This document shows positions 36,217 to 45,192 of a stretch of 64,000 bases of DNA, in pieces. How positions within the stretch are numbered: the stretch's first letter is position 1; the number at the start of each line of letters is the position of its first letter. The DNA lies in contig CAZGLY010000009.1 in NCBI GenBank assembly GCA_964526675.1, positions 5,004 through 69,003 on the forward strand, given 5' to 3'. Under the pieces are notes generated by a model that saw only the letters and a program-made list of their open reading frames with translations, was not told the DNA's origin and searched no databases. The stretch comes from an uncultured Caulobacterales bacterium. Lineage in GTDB: Bacteria > Pseudomonadota > Alphaproteobacteria > Caulobacterales > Maricaulaceae. Made by a program: the position numbers and the translations under genes.

Positions 36217-36592
36217 GAGCAAAACGCGATACACGCCGGAGGAGCTCACGGCGTTTTTCACCGACGTGCGCGCGCTGCCGGACGCGGCGCTCATCGCCGC
36301 CTACAATGGCCCCGCAACGACGCGCACGCCCGCGACGCCCCTCCCGGCGTGGCACGCGTCCGTCGCCGAGGCCCGTCACCTCTTGGGCGCGCGCCAAAGC
36401 CGCTTTGTTGAACTGATGATGGAGCAGCTCGCGGGCGATCCGCGTCTGGCCGGCTATGCGCCCGCGGCCTCGCACCGATCCAGCCTGCCCGCCTTTCTCA
36501 ACGCGCTCGCGAAGCGTCTGCCGCAGGACGACATCGTCGCCGCGGCAAGGTCAGTCGCCCGCGCAAAAGCGCTGATCTACCAAGCCGCCTAG
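36176..36592 (+). CDS. hypothetical small protein with basic N-terminus
   Basis: ATG 36176 (or TTG 36137) overlaps the 3' end of the fusion gene by 41 nt. The 138-aa product starts MKPTTGRILATLRKSKTRYTPEE. GC is high after the overlap. No recognised family. Confidence 0.4.
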   Translation: MKPTTGRILATLRKSKTRYTPEELTAFFTDVRALPDAALIAAYNGPATTRTPATPLPAWHASVAEARHLLGARQSRFVELMMEQLAGDPRLAGYAPAASHRSSLPAFLNALAKRLPQDDIVAAARSVARAKALIYQAA

Positions 36593-36595
36593 AGG

Positions 36596-37993
36596 CTATT
36601 CCGCGGCTTTCAGCTCCGGCGGGACGTAGGGCTCGCGCATCAGCACAAGCTCTTCAGCGATGGTGGGGTGCACGGCGCAGGTCTCGTCCCATTGGGTCTT
36701 CGTGACGCCCGCCTTCACCGCGATGCCGATGGCTTGGATCAGCTCGCCCGCGTCAAGGCCGACCATGTGGCAGCCGATCACGACATCATCGGCTTTGCGC
36801 ACGACGAGCTTCATCATCACCCGCTCCTCGTCGCCGGTGAGCATGTGTTTCATCGGTCGAAAATTGGTTTTGTAGACGTCCACGCCATGGGCGCCGTATT
36901 TGCGCCGCGCCTCGCCTTCGGTGTCGCCGACAACCCCGGCTGGCGGTTGGGTGAAGACCGCGCTGGCGACGACCTCATGATCAAACGCCGTGGGTTTGCC
37001 GCCAAACACGGTGTGGGCGAAGGCTTGACCCTCGCGGATGGCCACCGGCGTGAGGTTCAACCGGTCCGTGACGTCGCCGACCGCGTAGATGCTGTCGACA
37101 CTTGTCTTGGAATACGCGTCGACGGAGACGGCGCCCTTCTTATTGACGGCGACGCCAGCCGCCTCCAAGCCAAGGCCTTCAACCTTGGGCGTCCGACCGA
37201 TGGCGAACATAATGCAATCGGCTTCGATCTTGGATCCGTCGGTGATGTGCGCGAGATAACGCCCCTCGCCCAGCTTCTCGATTTTCTCAAAGACCGCGTG
37301 GGTGATCACGCGCACGCCCTGGCGTTTCATCTCCGAATGAACCGCCATGCGCACGTCCATGTCGAAGCCGCGCAGCACCGTGTCGCCGCGGTAGAGCAAA
37401 CACGTCTCCGCCCCGACGCCGTTGAAGATGCCGGCGAACTCGCACGCGATGTAGCCGCCGCCCGCGACGATCACATGCTCGGGGCGTTTTGGCAGGTGAA
37501 ACACGTCATCGGACGTGATGCCATACTCCTGACCGTCCAGCTCGAGCGGCCGGTAGGGCGTCGCGCCGACCGCGATCAGAATGGTCCTGGCGGTGACGGT
37601 GCGGTCCTCGCGCACGAGCCGAACGGTGTGAGGGCCCTCCAGAACGGCGCGGTCTTCGATGATCTCAACGCCGGCGTTCTCCAGATTGCGCCACGAAAAC
37701 CCCGCGATGCGGTCGATCTCCGCGCTTTTGCGATCGATCAGCTTGGTCCAATCCAGCTGCACATTCTCCGCGCTCCAGCCATAGCCCTCCGCGTGGTGGA
37801 AGGCGTGCCCGTACTCGCTGGCGTAGACGAGGAACTTCTTGGGGATGCACCCGCGGATCTGGCATGTCCCGCCGACGCGATACTCCTCCGCGATCGCGAC
37901 CTTCGCGCCATAGACGGAGGAGCTGACGCGGGCCGCGCGGATGCCGCCGGAGCCCGCGCCGATGACGAACAGATCATAATCGTACTCGGCCAT
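36596..37993 (-). CDS. gor: glutathione-disulfide reductase
   Basis: Internal ATG 37993..37991 gives MAEYDYDLFVIGAGSGGIRAAR. It has the redox-active disulfide GGTCQIRGCIPKK and the C-terminal HPTIAEE. Confidence 0.9.
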   Translation of the reverse strand: MAEYDYDLFVIGAGSGGIRAARVSSSVYGAKVAIAEEYRVGGTCQIRGCIPKKFLVYASEYGHAFHHAEGYGWSAENVQLDWTKLIDRKSAEIDRIAGFSWRNLENAGVEIIEDRAVLEGPHTVRLVREDRTVTARTILIAVGATPYRPLELDGQEYGITSDDVFHLPKRPEHVIVAGGGYIACEFAGIFNGVGAETCLLYRGDTVLRGFDMDVRMAVHSEMKRQGVRVITHAVFEKIEKLGEGRYLAHITDGSKIEADCIMFAIGRTPKVEGLGLEAAGVAVNKKGAVSVDAYSKTSVDSIYAVGDVTDRLNLTPVAIREGQAFAHTVFGGKPTAFDHEVVASAVFTQPPAGVVGDTEGEARRKYGAHGVDVYKTNFRPMKHMLTGDEERVMMKLVVRKADDVVIGCHMVGLDAGELIQAIGIAVKAGVTKTQWDETCAVHPTIAEELVLMREPYVPPELKAAE

Positions 37994-38091
37994 GGGACCT
38001 CCGGGCGGTTGGGATTGTGGGGGCATGCCGTTGGCTGCGTGACGGTGTGTGTAGCACCACCGACCGCCACGCCTCAAACCACGCCGCCGCC

Positions 38092-41000
38092 CTAGGCGTC
38101 GACGGCTTCCGCGTCCTTCGGCCCCGGCGCCAGCGCCTCCGCGAGCTGTCCCAGGGCGCGTTTCAGGCCGCGCAAGCGGGCCGGCGGGTCCGGCCAATCG
38201 CCGGCGATGAACAAGGTTTGATCCGGGCGCAACCGCCAGTGCTGCGGCCGCCGGGCGACCATGGCCACCAACGGCGCGGGATCGTCCATCGCGTCGTCGC
38301 GGAAGTGGACCACCGCCCCCTTCGGCCCGGCGTCGATCTTCGCCGCGCCGACCCGCCGGCACAGCGCCTTGAGCGCGATGACGTCCATCAGGTTGGCGAC
38401 CTCCTCCGGCAAGGGCCCGAAGCGGTCAATCAGCTCCGCCGCAAAACCCTCCCGCTCGGACTGGGTCTCCAGGTTGGACAGCCGCCTATAGAGCCCCAGC
38501 CGCAAATCGAGGTCGGGCACATACTCCTCCGGGATCAGCACCGTCACGCCGAGATTGATCTGCGGGCTCCAGCGTTCTTTGGCTTCGCCGGCGTCGGGAT
38601 CCTCGCGCACCGCCGCGATCGCCTCCTCCAACATGGATTGGAAGAGCTCCACCCCGACATCCTTGATGTGGCCCGATTGCTCTTCCCCCAAGAGGTTGCC
38701 GCCGCCGCGCAGATCGAGGTCGTGGCTCGCCAGCGTGAAACCCGCGCCCAAGGTGTCGAGACTTGAGAGCACCTTGAGCCGCTTTTCCGCCGCGGGCGTG
38801 ATCGTCCAGGTCGCAGGAATGGTCAGATAGGCGTAGGCGCGGGTCTTGGAGCGGCCGACGCGCCCCCGCAGCTGATAGAGCTGGGCGAGGCCGAACATGT
38901 CCGCGCGATAGACCACCAACGTGTTGGCGGTGGGGATGTCGATGCCCGACTCCACGATGGAGGTGGAGAGCAAGACGTCGTAGCGGCCTTCATAGAAGGC
39001 GTTGACGCGCTCCTCGAGTTCGGTCGGGGCCATTTGCCCGTGCGCGACCACATACGACAGCTCCGGCGCGCGCTCCTTCAGGAACTCCTCGGCGTCGGGC
39101 AAATCCTTGATGCGCGGGCAGACGACAAAGCTCTGGCCGCCGCGATAGCGCTCCCGCAACAAGGCTTCGCGGATCGTCACCGGATCGAACGGCGCCACGT
39201 AGGTGCGCACCGCGAGGCGATCCACCGGCGGCGTCGCGATGATCGAGAGGTCGCGGATCCCCGCCAGCGACATCTGCAGCGTCCGCGGGATCGGCGTGGC
39301 CGTCAGCGTCAGGACGTTGACGCCGACCTTCAGCTCCTTCAGGCGCTCCTTATGGCGCACGCCGAAATGCTGCTCTTCGTCGATGATCAGCAAGCCGAGG
39401 TCTTTGATGGACACCGTCTTCGACAACAACGCGTGGGTGCCGATCACGACATCGACCCGCCCTTCGGCGAGGCCCTTCTTGACCGCCGTCGCCTCCTTGC
39501 CCGTCACCAAGCGCGACAGCTGCGCGATTTTGATCGGCCATCCGCGAAAGCGCTCCGTGAACGTCTTCACATGCTGGCGGCTGAGGAGCGTGGTCGGGCT
39601 GATGACCGCGACTTGGGCCCCGTTGATCGCCGCCACGAACGCCGCGCGCAGGGCGACCTCCGTCTTGCCGAACCCGACATCGCCGCAAATCAGCCGATCC
39701 ATCACCTTGTCGGACGCGAGGTCCTCCAAAGTGTCGTCGATGGCGTGGAGCTGATCGTCCGTCTCGGCGTAGGGGAAGCGCGCGGCGAACTCTTCATAAA
39801 GCCCCGACGGCGCGGTGATCGGCTCCGCCCCGCCCGCAGCGCGCTTGGCGGCCACCGCGATCAGCTGGGCGGCCATGTCGCGCAGGCGCTTCTTGGCTTT
39901 GGCCTTGCGGTGCTGCCAGCTGGCGCCGCCCAGACGATCCAAGACCGCCGCGCCGTCTTCCGAGCCGTAGCGAGACAGAAGCTCGATGTTCTCCACCGGC
40001 AGGAACAGCTTGGCGTCATCGGCGTAGTGGAGCTCCAGGCAATCCTGGCGCGCGCTTTGAACCTCCAGCGTCCGCAAGCCGCAATACCGGCCGACGCCGT
40101 GGTCCACATGGACGACCAGGTCGCCTGGGCTGAGCGAGGCGGCCTCCGCGATAAAGTTGGCGGCTTTGCGGGGGCGGCGCTGACGCGTGAGGCGATCGCC
40201 GAGCACATCCTGCTCGGAGATCACCGCCAGCGCATCGGTTTCGAAACCGCGCTCAAGCGGCAGCACCGCCCGCGCGATCGTGTTGGCCGCTAACGTTGAG
40301 ACCGCGGGCCAGTCCGCCGCGGGGGCGATCCCCTCCATGCCGTGATCGGCGAACACGCTGGCGGTGCGCTCCGAGGACCCTTCCGTCCAGCACGCGATGA
40401 CGACGCGCTTGCCGTCGGACTGCAGCGCGCGCATGTGGCCCGCGGCCACTTCAAACACGTTCGCGCCTTCGCTCTTGCGCTCGGCGGAGAACTCCCGCCC
40501 CGGCCGCGCGCCAAGATCGATCCGATCCTCATCCCGAGCGTCGTCCGCGAAGGCGGAGAAGGCGCGCGTGCGCCTGGCCGCAAGGGCGTCCGCCCATTCG
40601 CCTGGCTCGAGGTAGAGCGCGGCGGGCTCCAACGCGCGGTACGCCGGGGCGTCAAACGCGCCCTCCCCAGATCCCGCGCCAACCGCGTCCCGCCGCGCCG
40701 CGAAATAGTCCGCGATTAAATCCTGACGCTCCGCCGCCGCGCGCTCCGCCAGATGATCGAGAAACACCAGCGCTTGCGGCCCCACATACTCGAACACCGT
40801 CTCCAGGCGTTCGTGGAACAGGCTCAGCCAATGCTCCACGCCCTGGGCGCGCGCGCCGGCGGAGACGGCCTCATACACCGGATCGGAGTCGGTGACCGCG
40901 CCAAAAGCCGCCACATAGCCCCGGCGAAAGCGCGTGACGGCGTCGGCGGTCAACAACGCCTCGCTCACCGGCGCGAGATTGAGGCCCTTCAACTGCTTCG

Positions 41001-41628
41001 TCGTGCGTTGCGTGTCCGGCGCGAAGGCGCGCACGCTCTCCAGCGTGTCGCCAAAGAAATCGAGGCGCACCGGCTCATCGCGTCCAGGCGGGAAGACGTC
41101 CACCACGCCGCCGCGAATGGCGTAGTCCCCCGGCTCCGTGACCTGGCCGGCGCGGACATAGCCGTTTTCCGCGAGGTGGCGCTTGAGCGCGTCGAGATCC
41201 ACCATATCGCCGGGCTTGGCGGCGAACGCCGCGGCTTTAAGCGCCGCGCGCGGGGCGCAGCGTTGGAGCACGGCGCTGGCCGTGGCGATCACAAGGACCG
41301 GCCGCGCCCCGTCGGCATCGGCCAACCGGCGCAGCGCGGCGGTGCGCTGCGCGGCGATGGCCGGCGACGGGCTCACCCGGTCATAGGGCTGGCAGTCCCA
41401 TGCCGGCAGCCGCACGATCTCAAGACCCGGACCGAAAAACGCCGCCACCGCTGCGGCCGCGTCCGCGCGGCGATCATCCCGCGCGACAAAGAGCCCCCGG
41501 CCCCCGGCCTCCGCCAAAGCTTCGGCCATCACGAGAGCGTCAAAGCCCTCCGGCGCGCGCTCCAACACGAAGCGGCCCGGCTTGGTGATCAAACGCGTGC
41601 GCGTTAACGAATCCATGGCCGCGACCAT
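38092..41628 (-). CDS. mfd: transcription-repair coupling factor
   Basis: 1178-aa ORF. It has a UvrB-homology N-terminus, a CarD-like segment (GDLVVHVDHGVGRY) and SF2 helicase motifs GDVGFGKTEVA, DEEQHFG and QLRGRVGRS. Confidence 0.95.
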   Translation of the reverse strand: MVAAMDSLTRTRLITKPGRFVLERAPEGFDALVMAEALAEAGGRGLFVARDDRRADAAAAVAAFFGPGLEIVRLPAWDCQPYDRVSPSPAIAAQRTAALRRLADADGARPVLVIATASAVLQRCAPRAALKAAAFAAKPGDMVDLDALKRHLAENGYVRAGQVTEPGDYAIRGGVVDVFPPGRDEPVRLDFFGDTLESVRAFAPDTQRTTKQLKGLNLAPVSEALLTADAVTRFRRGYVAAFGAVTDSDPVYEAVSAGARAQGVEHWLSLFHERLETVFEYVGPQALVFLDHLAERAAAERQDLIADYFAARRDAVGAGSGEGAFDAPAYRALEPAALYLEPGEWADALAARRTRAFSAFADDARDEDRIDLGARPGREFSAERKSEGANVFEVAAGHMRALQSDGKRVVIACWTEGSSERTASVFADHGMEGIAPAADWPAVSTLAANTIARAVLPLERGFETDALAVISEQDVLGDRLTRQRRPRKAANFIAEAASLSPGDLVVHVDHGVGRYCGLRTLEVQSARQDCLELHYADDAKLFLPVENIELLSRYGSEDGAAVLDRLGGASWQHRKAKAKKRLRDMAAQLIAVAAKRAAGGAEPITAPSGLYEEFAARFPYAETDDQLHAIDDTLEDLASDKVMDRLICGDVGFGKTEVALRAAFVAAINGAQVAVISPTTLLSRQHVKTFTERFRGWPIKIAQLSRLVTGKEATAVKKGLAEGRVDVVIGTHALLSKTVSIKDLGLLIIDEEQHFGVRHKERLKELKVGVNVLTLTATPIPRTLQMSLAGIRDLSIIATPPVDRLAVRTYVAPFDPVTIREALLRERYRGGQSFVVCPRIKDLPDAEEFLKERAPELSYVVAHGQMAPTELEERVNAFYEGRYDVLLSTSIVESGIDIPTANTLVVYRADMFGLAQLYQLRGRVGRSKTRAYAYLTIPATWTITPAAEKRLKVLSSLDTLGAGFTLASHDLDLRGGGNLLGEEQSGHIKDVGVELFQSMLEEAIAAVREDPDAGEAKERWSPQINLGVTVLIPEEYVPDLDLRLGLYRRLSNLETQSEREGFAAELIDRFGPLPEEVANLMDVIALKALCRRVGAAKIDAGPKGAVVHFRDDAMDDPAPLVAMVARRPQHWRLRPDQTLFIAGDWPDPPARLRGLKRALGQLAEALAPGPKDAEAVDA

Positions 41629-41671
41629 AACGCTTCGGCCGCACGAGAGAAGCGGCTTGCGCGCGCGGCGC

Positions 41672-41965
41672 TCACCCGCCTTTGGAGACTCCCGACCAAA
41701 GGCCGTCTTTGAAGTGGGCGAGGCTCTGGATCTCCGCCATCACCGGGCCCTCAAGCTCCGGCGGCGTGGGCGCGCGGCCGATGAGGATCGGATACAAATC
41801 CTGATCCGCCCAAGCGAGAATGCGCTCGAACTCGTCCAACTCCGCCGCGCCCAACGTCGCCAGTCGCGCGTCGGCGTATCCGCCCAGGACGAGATCCGCC
41901 TCTTTGAACCCGCGCCGCCACGCGCGCCATAACAGCCGCTTGCGCCGTTCCTCGCCGTCCTGCAT
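41672..41965 (-). CDS. sdhE: succinate dehydrogenase assembly factor 2 (SdhE/DUF339)
   Basis: Internal ATG 41965 gives a 97-aa protein with RRKRLLWRAWRRGFKEADLVLGGY...ELDEFERILAWADQDLY (RGxxE-type motif). It sits between mfd and recG, the conserved alphaproteobacterial position. Confidence 0.8.
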   Translation of the reverse strand: MQDGEERRKRLLWRAWRRGFKEADLVLGGYADARLATLGAAELDEFERILAWADQDLYPILIGRAPTPPELEGPVMAEIQSLAHFKDGLWSGVSKGG

Positions 41966-42033
41966 GCCTTTGCTCCTCACATGGATCGGACGCCCGCGCG
42001 CGATGCGCGACGGCGGGCCACGCCAGACCGCCC

Positions 42034-44142
42034 GTGTTGGGATACACCACACCGATGCGTCCGGAGATTCTATTCCCGCTTTTCGCGGATCTGGCGACCC
42101 TTCCCGGCGTGGGGCCAAAGACGGCCACGCTGTTGGCGAAGCTCGTCGACGGCGCGACCGTGCGCGACCTGCTCCTCCACGCGCCCACGGGCGGGATCAC
42201 GCGCATCCCGTCACCCACGATCGCCGATGCCGAAGACGGCGCGATCGTGACGGTGCCGATCACGGTAGAGGCGCATCAACCGCCGGCGAACCCGCGGCGC
42301 CCCTACCGGGTGCGCGCCGCCGCGGCGGACGCCTTCTTGACCCTCGCGTGGTTCCATGGCCGGCGCGATTATCTCGAGCGGCTGCTGCCGGAGGGCGCGG
42401 ACCGTTTGGTGAGCGGGCGCATCGAGCGGTTTGGCGCGGAGATCCAAATGCTCCACCCGGATCACGTCGTCCCCCCTGGTCAAGCGGACGAGATCCCGGC
42501 TTTCGAGCCCACGTATCCACTGACCGCGGGCGTCACCGGCAAAACGTTGCGCAAGGCGATCGCCGCGGCCCTCGACACGCTGCCCACGCTGCCGGACTGG
42601 CTCGATCCGGCGTTGAAGAGCCGCGAAGCCTGGCCGGACTGGCGTGAGGCCTTTCACACCCTGCACCGTCCGACCGGACCGGACGACCTTAAAGGCGACG
42701 CGCCGGCGCGCGCGCGTCTGGCGTATGACGAATTGCTGTCGGACCAGCTGACGCTGGCGCTTGTCCGCAACCGCCGCCGCGCCACGCCGGGCCGTCCGCT
42801 CACGGGCGACAACGCCAAGGTGAAGCGCCTGCTGGCGTCCGCGCCCTACGAGCCGACGGGGGCGCAGAAACGCGCCGCGCGCGAGATCTATGACGACATG
42901 GCCGCGCCCAGCCGGATGGGTCGGCTGCTTCAGGGGGATGTGGGCGCCGGCAAGACCTTCGTGGCGGCGCTCGCCATCGCCAAGGCGGCGGAGGCCGGCG
43001 CACAAACCGCGCTGATGGCCCCCACGGAGATTCTCGCGCGGCAGCATGTGGGCAATCTCGCGCCCCTGCTGGAGGCGGCGGGCGTGCGCGTGGCGGGGCT
43101 GACCGCGCGCGACAAGGGCGCCGGGCGACGCGCGGTCTTGGCGGATCTCGCGACGGGCGCCATCGGGTGTCTCGCCGGCACGCACGCGCTCTTCCAGGAC
43201 GATGTGATCTATGCGGATCTGGGATTGGTGATCATCGACGAACAGCACCGCTTCGGCGTCTCCGACCGGGCGAAGCTGACGGCGAAGGGCCGCACGCCGG
43301 ATGTCCTCGCGATGACCGCGACGCCGATCCCGCGCACCGTGACCCTGGCGGCGTATGGGGATCTCGACGTCTCACGTTTGGACGAGAAGCCGCCGGGCCG
43401 CACGCCCGTGGACACGCGCGCCACGCCAACGGATCGGTTGGACGAGCTGATGGACGCCCTCGGGCGGGCGATCGATCGCGGCGAGCGCGCCTATTGGGTC
43501 TGCCCCTTAGTGGAGGAGTCCGATGTGTCGGACCTGGCCGCCGCGGAGGAGCGCTGGCGGCAGCTGGCCGGGCTGTTCGGCGAGGCGCGCGTGGGGTTGC
43601 TGCATGGCAAGCTGAGCGCCAAGGAGAAAGACGCCCGCGCCGCCGCCTTTATGGAGGGGGCGTTGTCGGTTCTGGTCGCCACGACGGTGGTGGAGGTTGG
43701 CGTCGACGCCCCGGACGCAACGATCATGATCATCGAACACGCGGAGCGGTTCGGGCTGGCGCAACTGCATCAGCTGCGTGGGCGGGTCGGGCGCGGCGCC
43801 AAAGCGTCGACGTGCATCCTGCTCTACCGTCCGCCGTTGAACGACACGGCGCGCGCGCGCCTCGACATCATGCGCCACACCGACGATGGGTTCGTCATCG
43901 CCGAAGAGGACTGGCGCCTGCGCGGACCGGGAGACGTGCTGGGCACCCGTCAGTCGGGAGAGGTGGCGTACCGGCTTGCGGACTTGGCGGCTCACGGCGA
44001 TTTGCTGGAGACCGCCGCGAAAGACGCCCAGGCGGTCATCGCCCGCGACGGCGTCTTGGAGACGCCGCGCGGCCAGGCGCTGAGGCTGTTGCTGCACCTG
44101 TTCGACCGCGACCGCGCCGTGGCGCTCCTACGCGGCGGTTGA
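42034..44142 (+). CDS. recG: ATP-dependent DNA helicase RecG
   Basis: 702-aa ORF (an alternative start at 42055 gives MRPEILFPLF). Helicase motifs are GDVGAGKT, DEQHRFG and QLRGRVGRG. Confidence 0.93.
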   Translation: MLGYTTPMRPEILFPLFADLATLPGVGPKTATLLAKLVDGATVRDLLLHAPTGGITRIPSPTIADAEDGAIVTVPITVEAHQPPANPRRPYRVRAAAADAFLTLAWFHGRRDYLERLLPEGADRLVSGRIERFGAEIQMLHPDHVVPPGQADEIPAFEPTYPLTAGVTGKTLRKAIAAALDTLPTLPDWLDPALKSREAWPDWREAFHTLHRPTGPDDLKGDAPARARLAYDELLSDQLTLALVRNRRRATPGRPLTGDNAKVKRLLASAPYEPTGAQKRAAREIYDDMAAPSRMGRLLQGDVGAGKTFVAALAIAKAAEAGAQTALMAPTEILARQHVGNLAPLLEAAGVRVAGLTARDKGAGRRAVLADLATGAIGCLAGTHALFQDDVIYADLGLVIIDEQHRFGVSDRAKLTAKGRTPDVLAMTATPIPRTVTLAAYGDLDVSRLDEKPPGRTPVDTRATPTDRLDELMDALGRAIDRGERAYWVCPLVEESDVSDLAAAEERWRQLAGLFGEARVGLLHGKLSAKEKDARAAAFMEGALSVLVATTVVEVGVDAPDATIMIIEHAERFGLAQLHQLRGRVGRGAKASTCILLYRPPLNDTARARLDIMRHTDDGFVIAEEDWRLRGPGDVLGTRQSGEVAYRLADLAAHGDLLETAAKDAQAVIARDGVLETPRGQALRLLLHLFDRDRAVALLRGG

Positions 44143-44167
44143 GCCGCAAAGCGCGCCGCCCGGCGCT

Positions 44168-45049
44168 CTAGGACTGGCCGTGAGGCGCGGGCCTGGGGCT
44201 GTCGGCGTCCGGGCCGTCATTGGCCGGCGAGGCCTCCGTTGGCGCGTCGGTCGAAGACGCGGCCGGCGCGGTCGGGCTGGAGTCGGGATCGCCGGTGGGC
44301 ACCGTCTCCGCGCCCGATTCCGCGCGGGCCTTCACCTCCTCGGCGAGGACGTCGACGGTGGATTTCTTGTCGTTGCCGTTGGGCTTGTGGGTGACGATGC
44401 CGAAGGAGATGATCGCGCGCGCGCCGTCCTCGACAGACATGTCCAAGATCTGGAGCTTCGACCGGGGCACATAGAGCAAGAAACCGGACGTCGGGTTTGG
44501 CGTGGTTGGAATGAACACCGCCACACTGTCGGCCTCGCCGGAGGCTGCGGTCATCCGTTGAGCAATCTCACCTTGAGCCGAGGCCGTGACAAAACACAGC
44601 GCCCAACTGCCCTCTTTCGGATACTCGACCAACGCAACTTCTTTGAAGGCTTCGCCTTGATCGCGAAACACGGTCTCAAGGATTTGTTTAATGGGGCCAT
44701 AGATCGAGCGCACAAACGGCAGCCGATCCACAATCGACTCGCCAAGCCCGATAAAGAACCGGCCGATGATGTTGCGCGCCAACACGCCCAAAAAGGTCAG
44801 GCCGATAACCGCGATCAGGACCCCAATGCCGGGGATCGTGAAGGGCCCGTCAATCGCGTCGTACCAATCCGCGATCGGCAAGCCGGTCCAATTGCTGATC
44901 TGCTCGATCAAGCCGCCGACGCTGCGATCGACGAAGGTCACCAACGTGTAGACCAGCCACGCGGTGGCCGCGATCGGCGTGATCACCACCACGCCGGCGA
45001 AGAAGTTGTTGCGCAACCAGCGCCCAAAACCCGGTTTGTGCTTAGCCAT
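44168..45049 (-). CDS. DUF502 domain membrane protein
   Basis: Internal ATG 45049 gives MAKHKPGFGRWLRNNFFAGVVVITPIAATAW. The DUF502 core is IPGIGVLIAVIGLTFLGVLARNIIGRFF...RLPFVRSIYGPIKQI...VEYPKEGSWALCFVT. Confidence 0.75.
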   Translation of the reverse strand: MAKHKPGFGRWLRNNFFAGVVVITPIAATAWLVYTLVTFVDRSVGGLIEQISNWTGLPIADWYDAIDGPFTIPGIGVLIAVIGLTFLGVLARNIIGRFFIGLGESIVDRLPFVRSIYGPIKQILETVFRDQGEAFKEVALVEYPKEGSWALCFVTASAQGEIAQRMTAASGEADSVAVFIPTTPNPTSGFLLYVPRSKLQILDMSVEDGARAIISFGIVTHKPNGNDKKSTVDVLAEEVKARAESGAETVPTGDPDSSPTAPAASSTDAPTEASPANDGPDADSPRPAPHGQS

Positions 45050-45119
45050 CAAGAACACATTGGTTAGGCGCGGAAAAAAACGCGCTCTGACGCCGCCCCC
45101 TTGCACGTCGAAGGTTAAT

Positions 45120-45136
45120 TCACACAGTTTGTGTGA
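45120..45136. repeat. 17-bp palindrome TCACACA-GTT-TGTGTGA
   Basis: Read directly in the divergent DUF502 / DUF3089 intergenic region. Confidence 0.45.
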
Positions 45137-45192
45137 CAGGTTCAAGCGCGGCGGCGGCGACGCCCCGGTTTTAACGACAGAAGAGCGACTGT

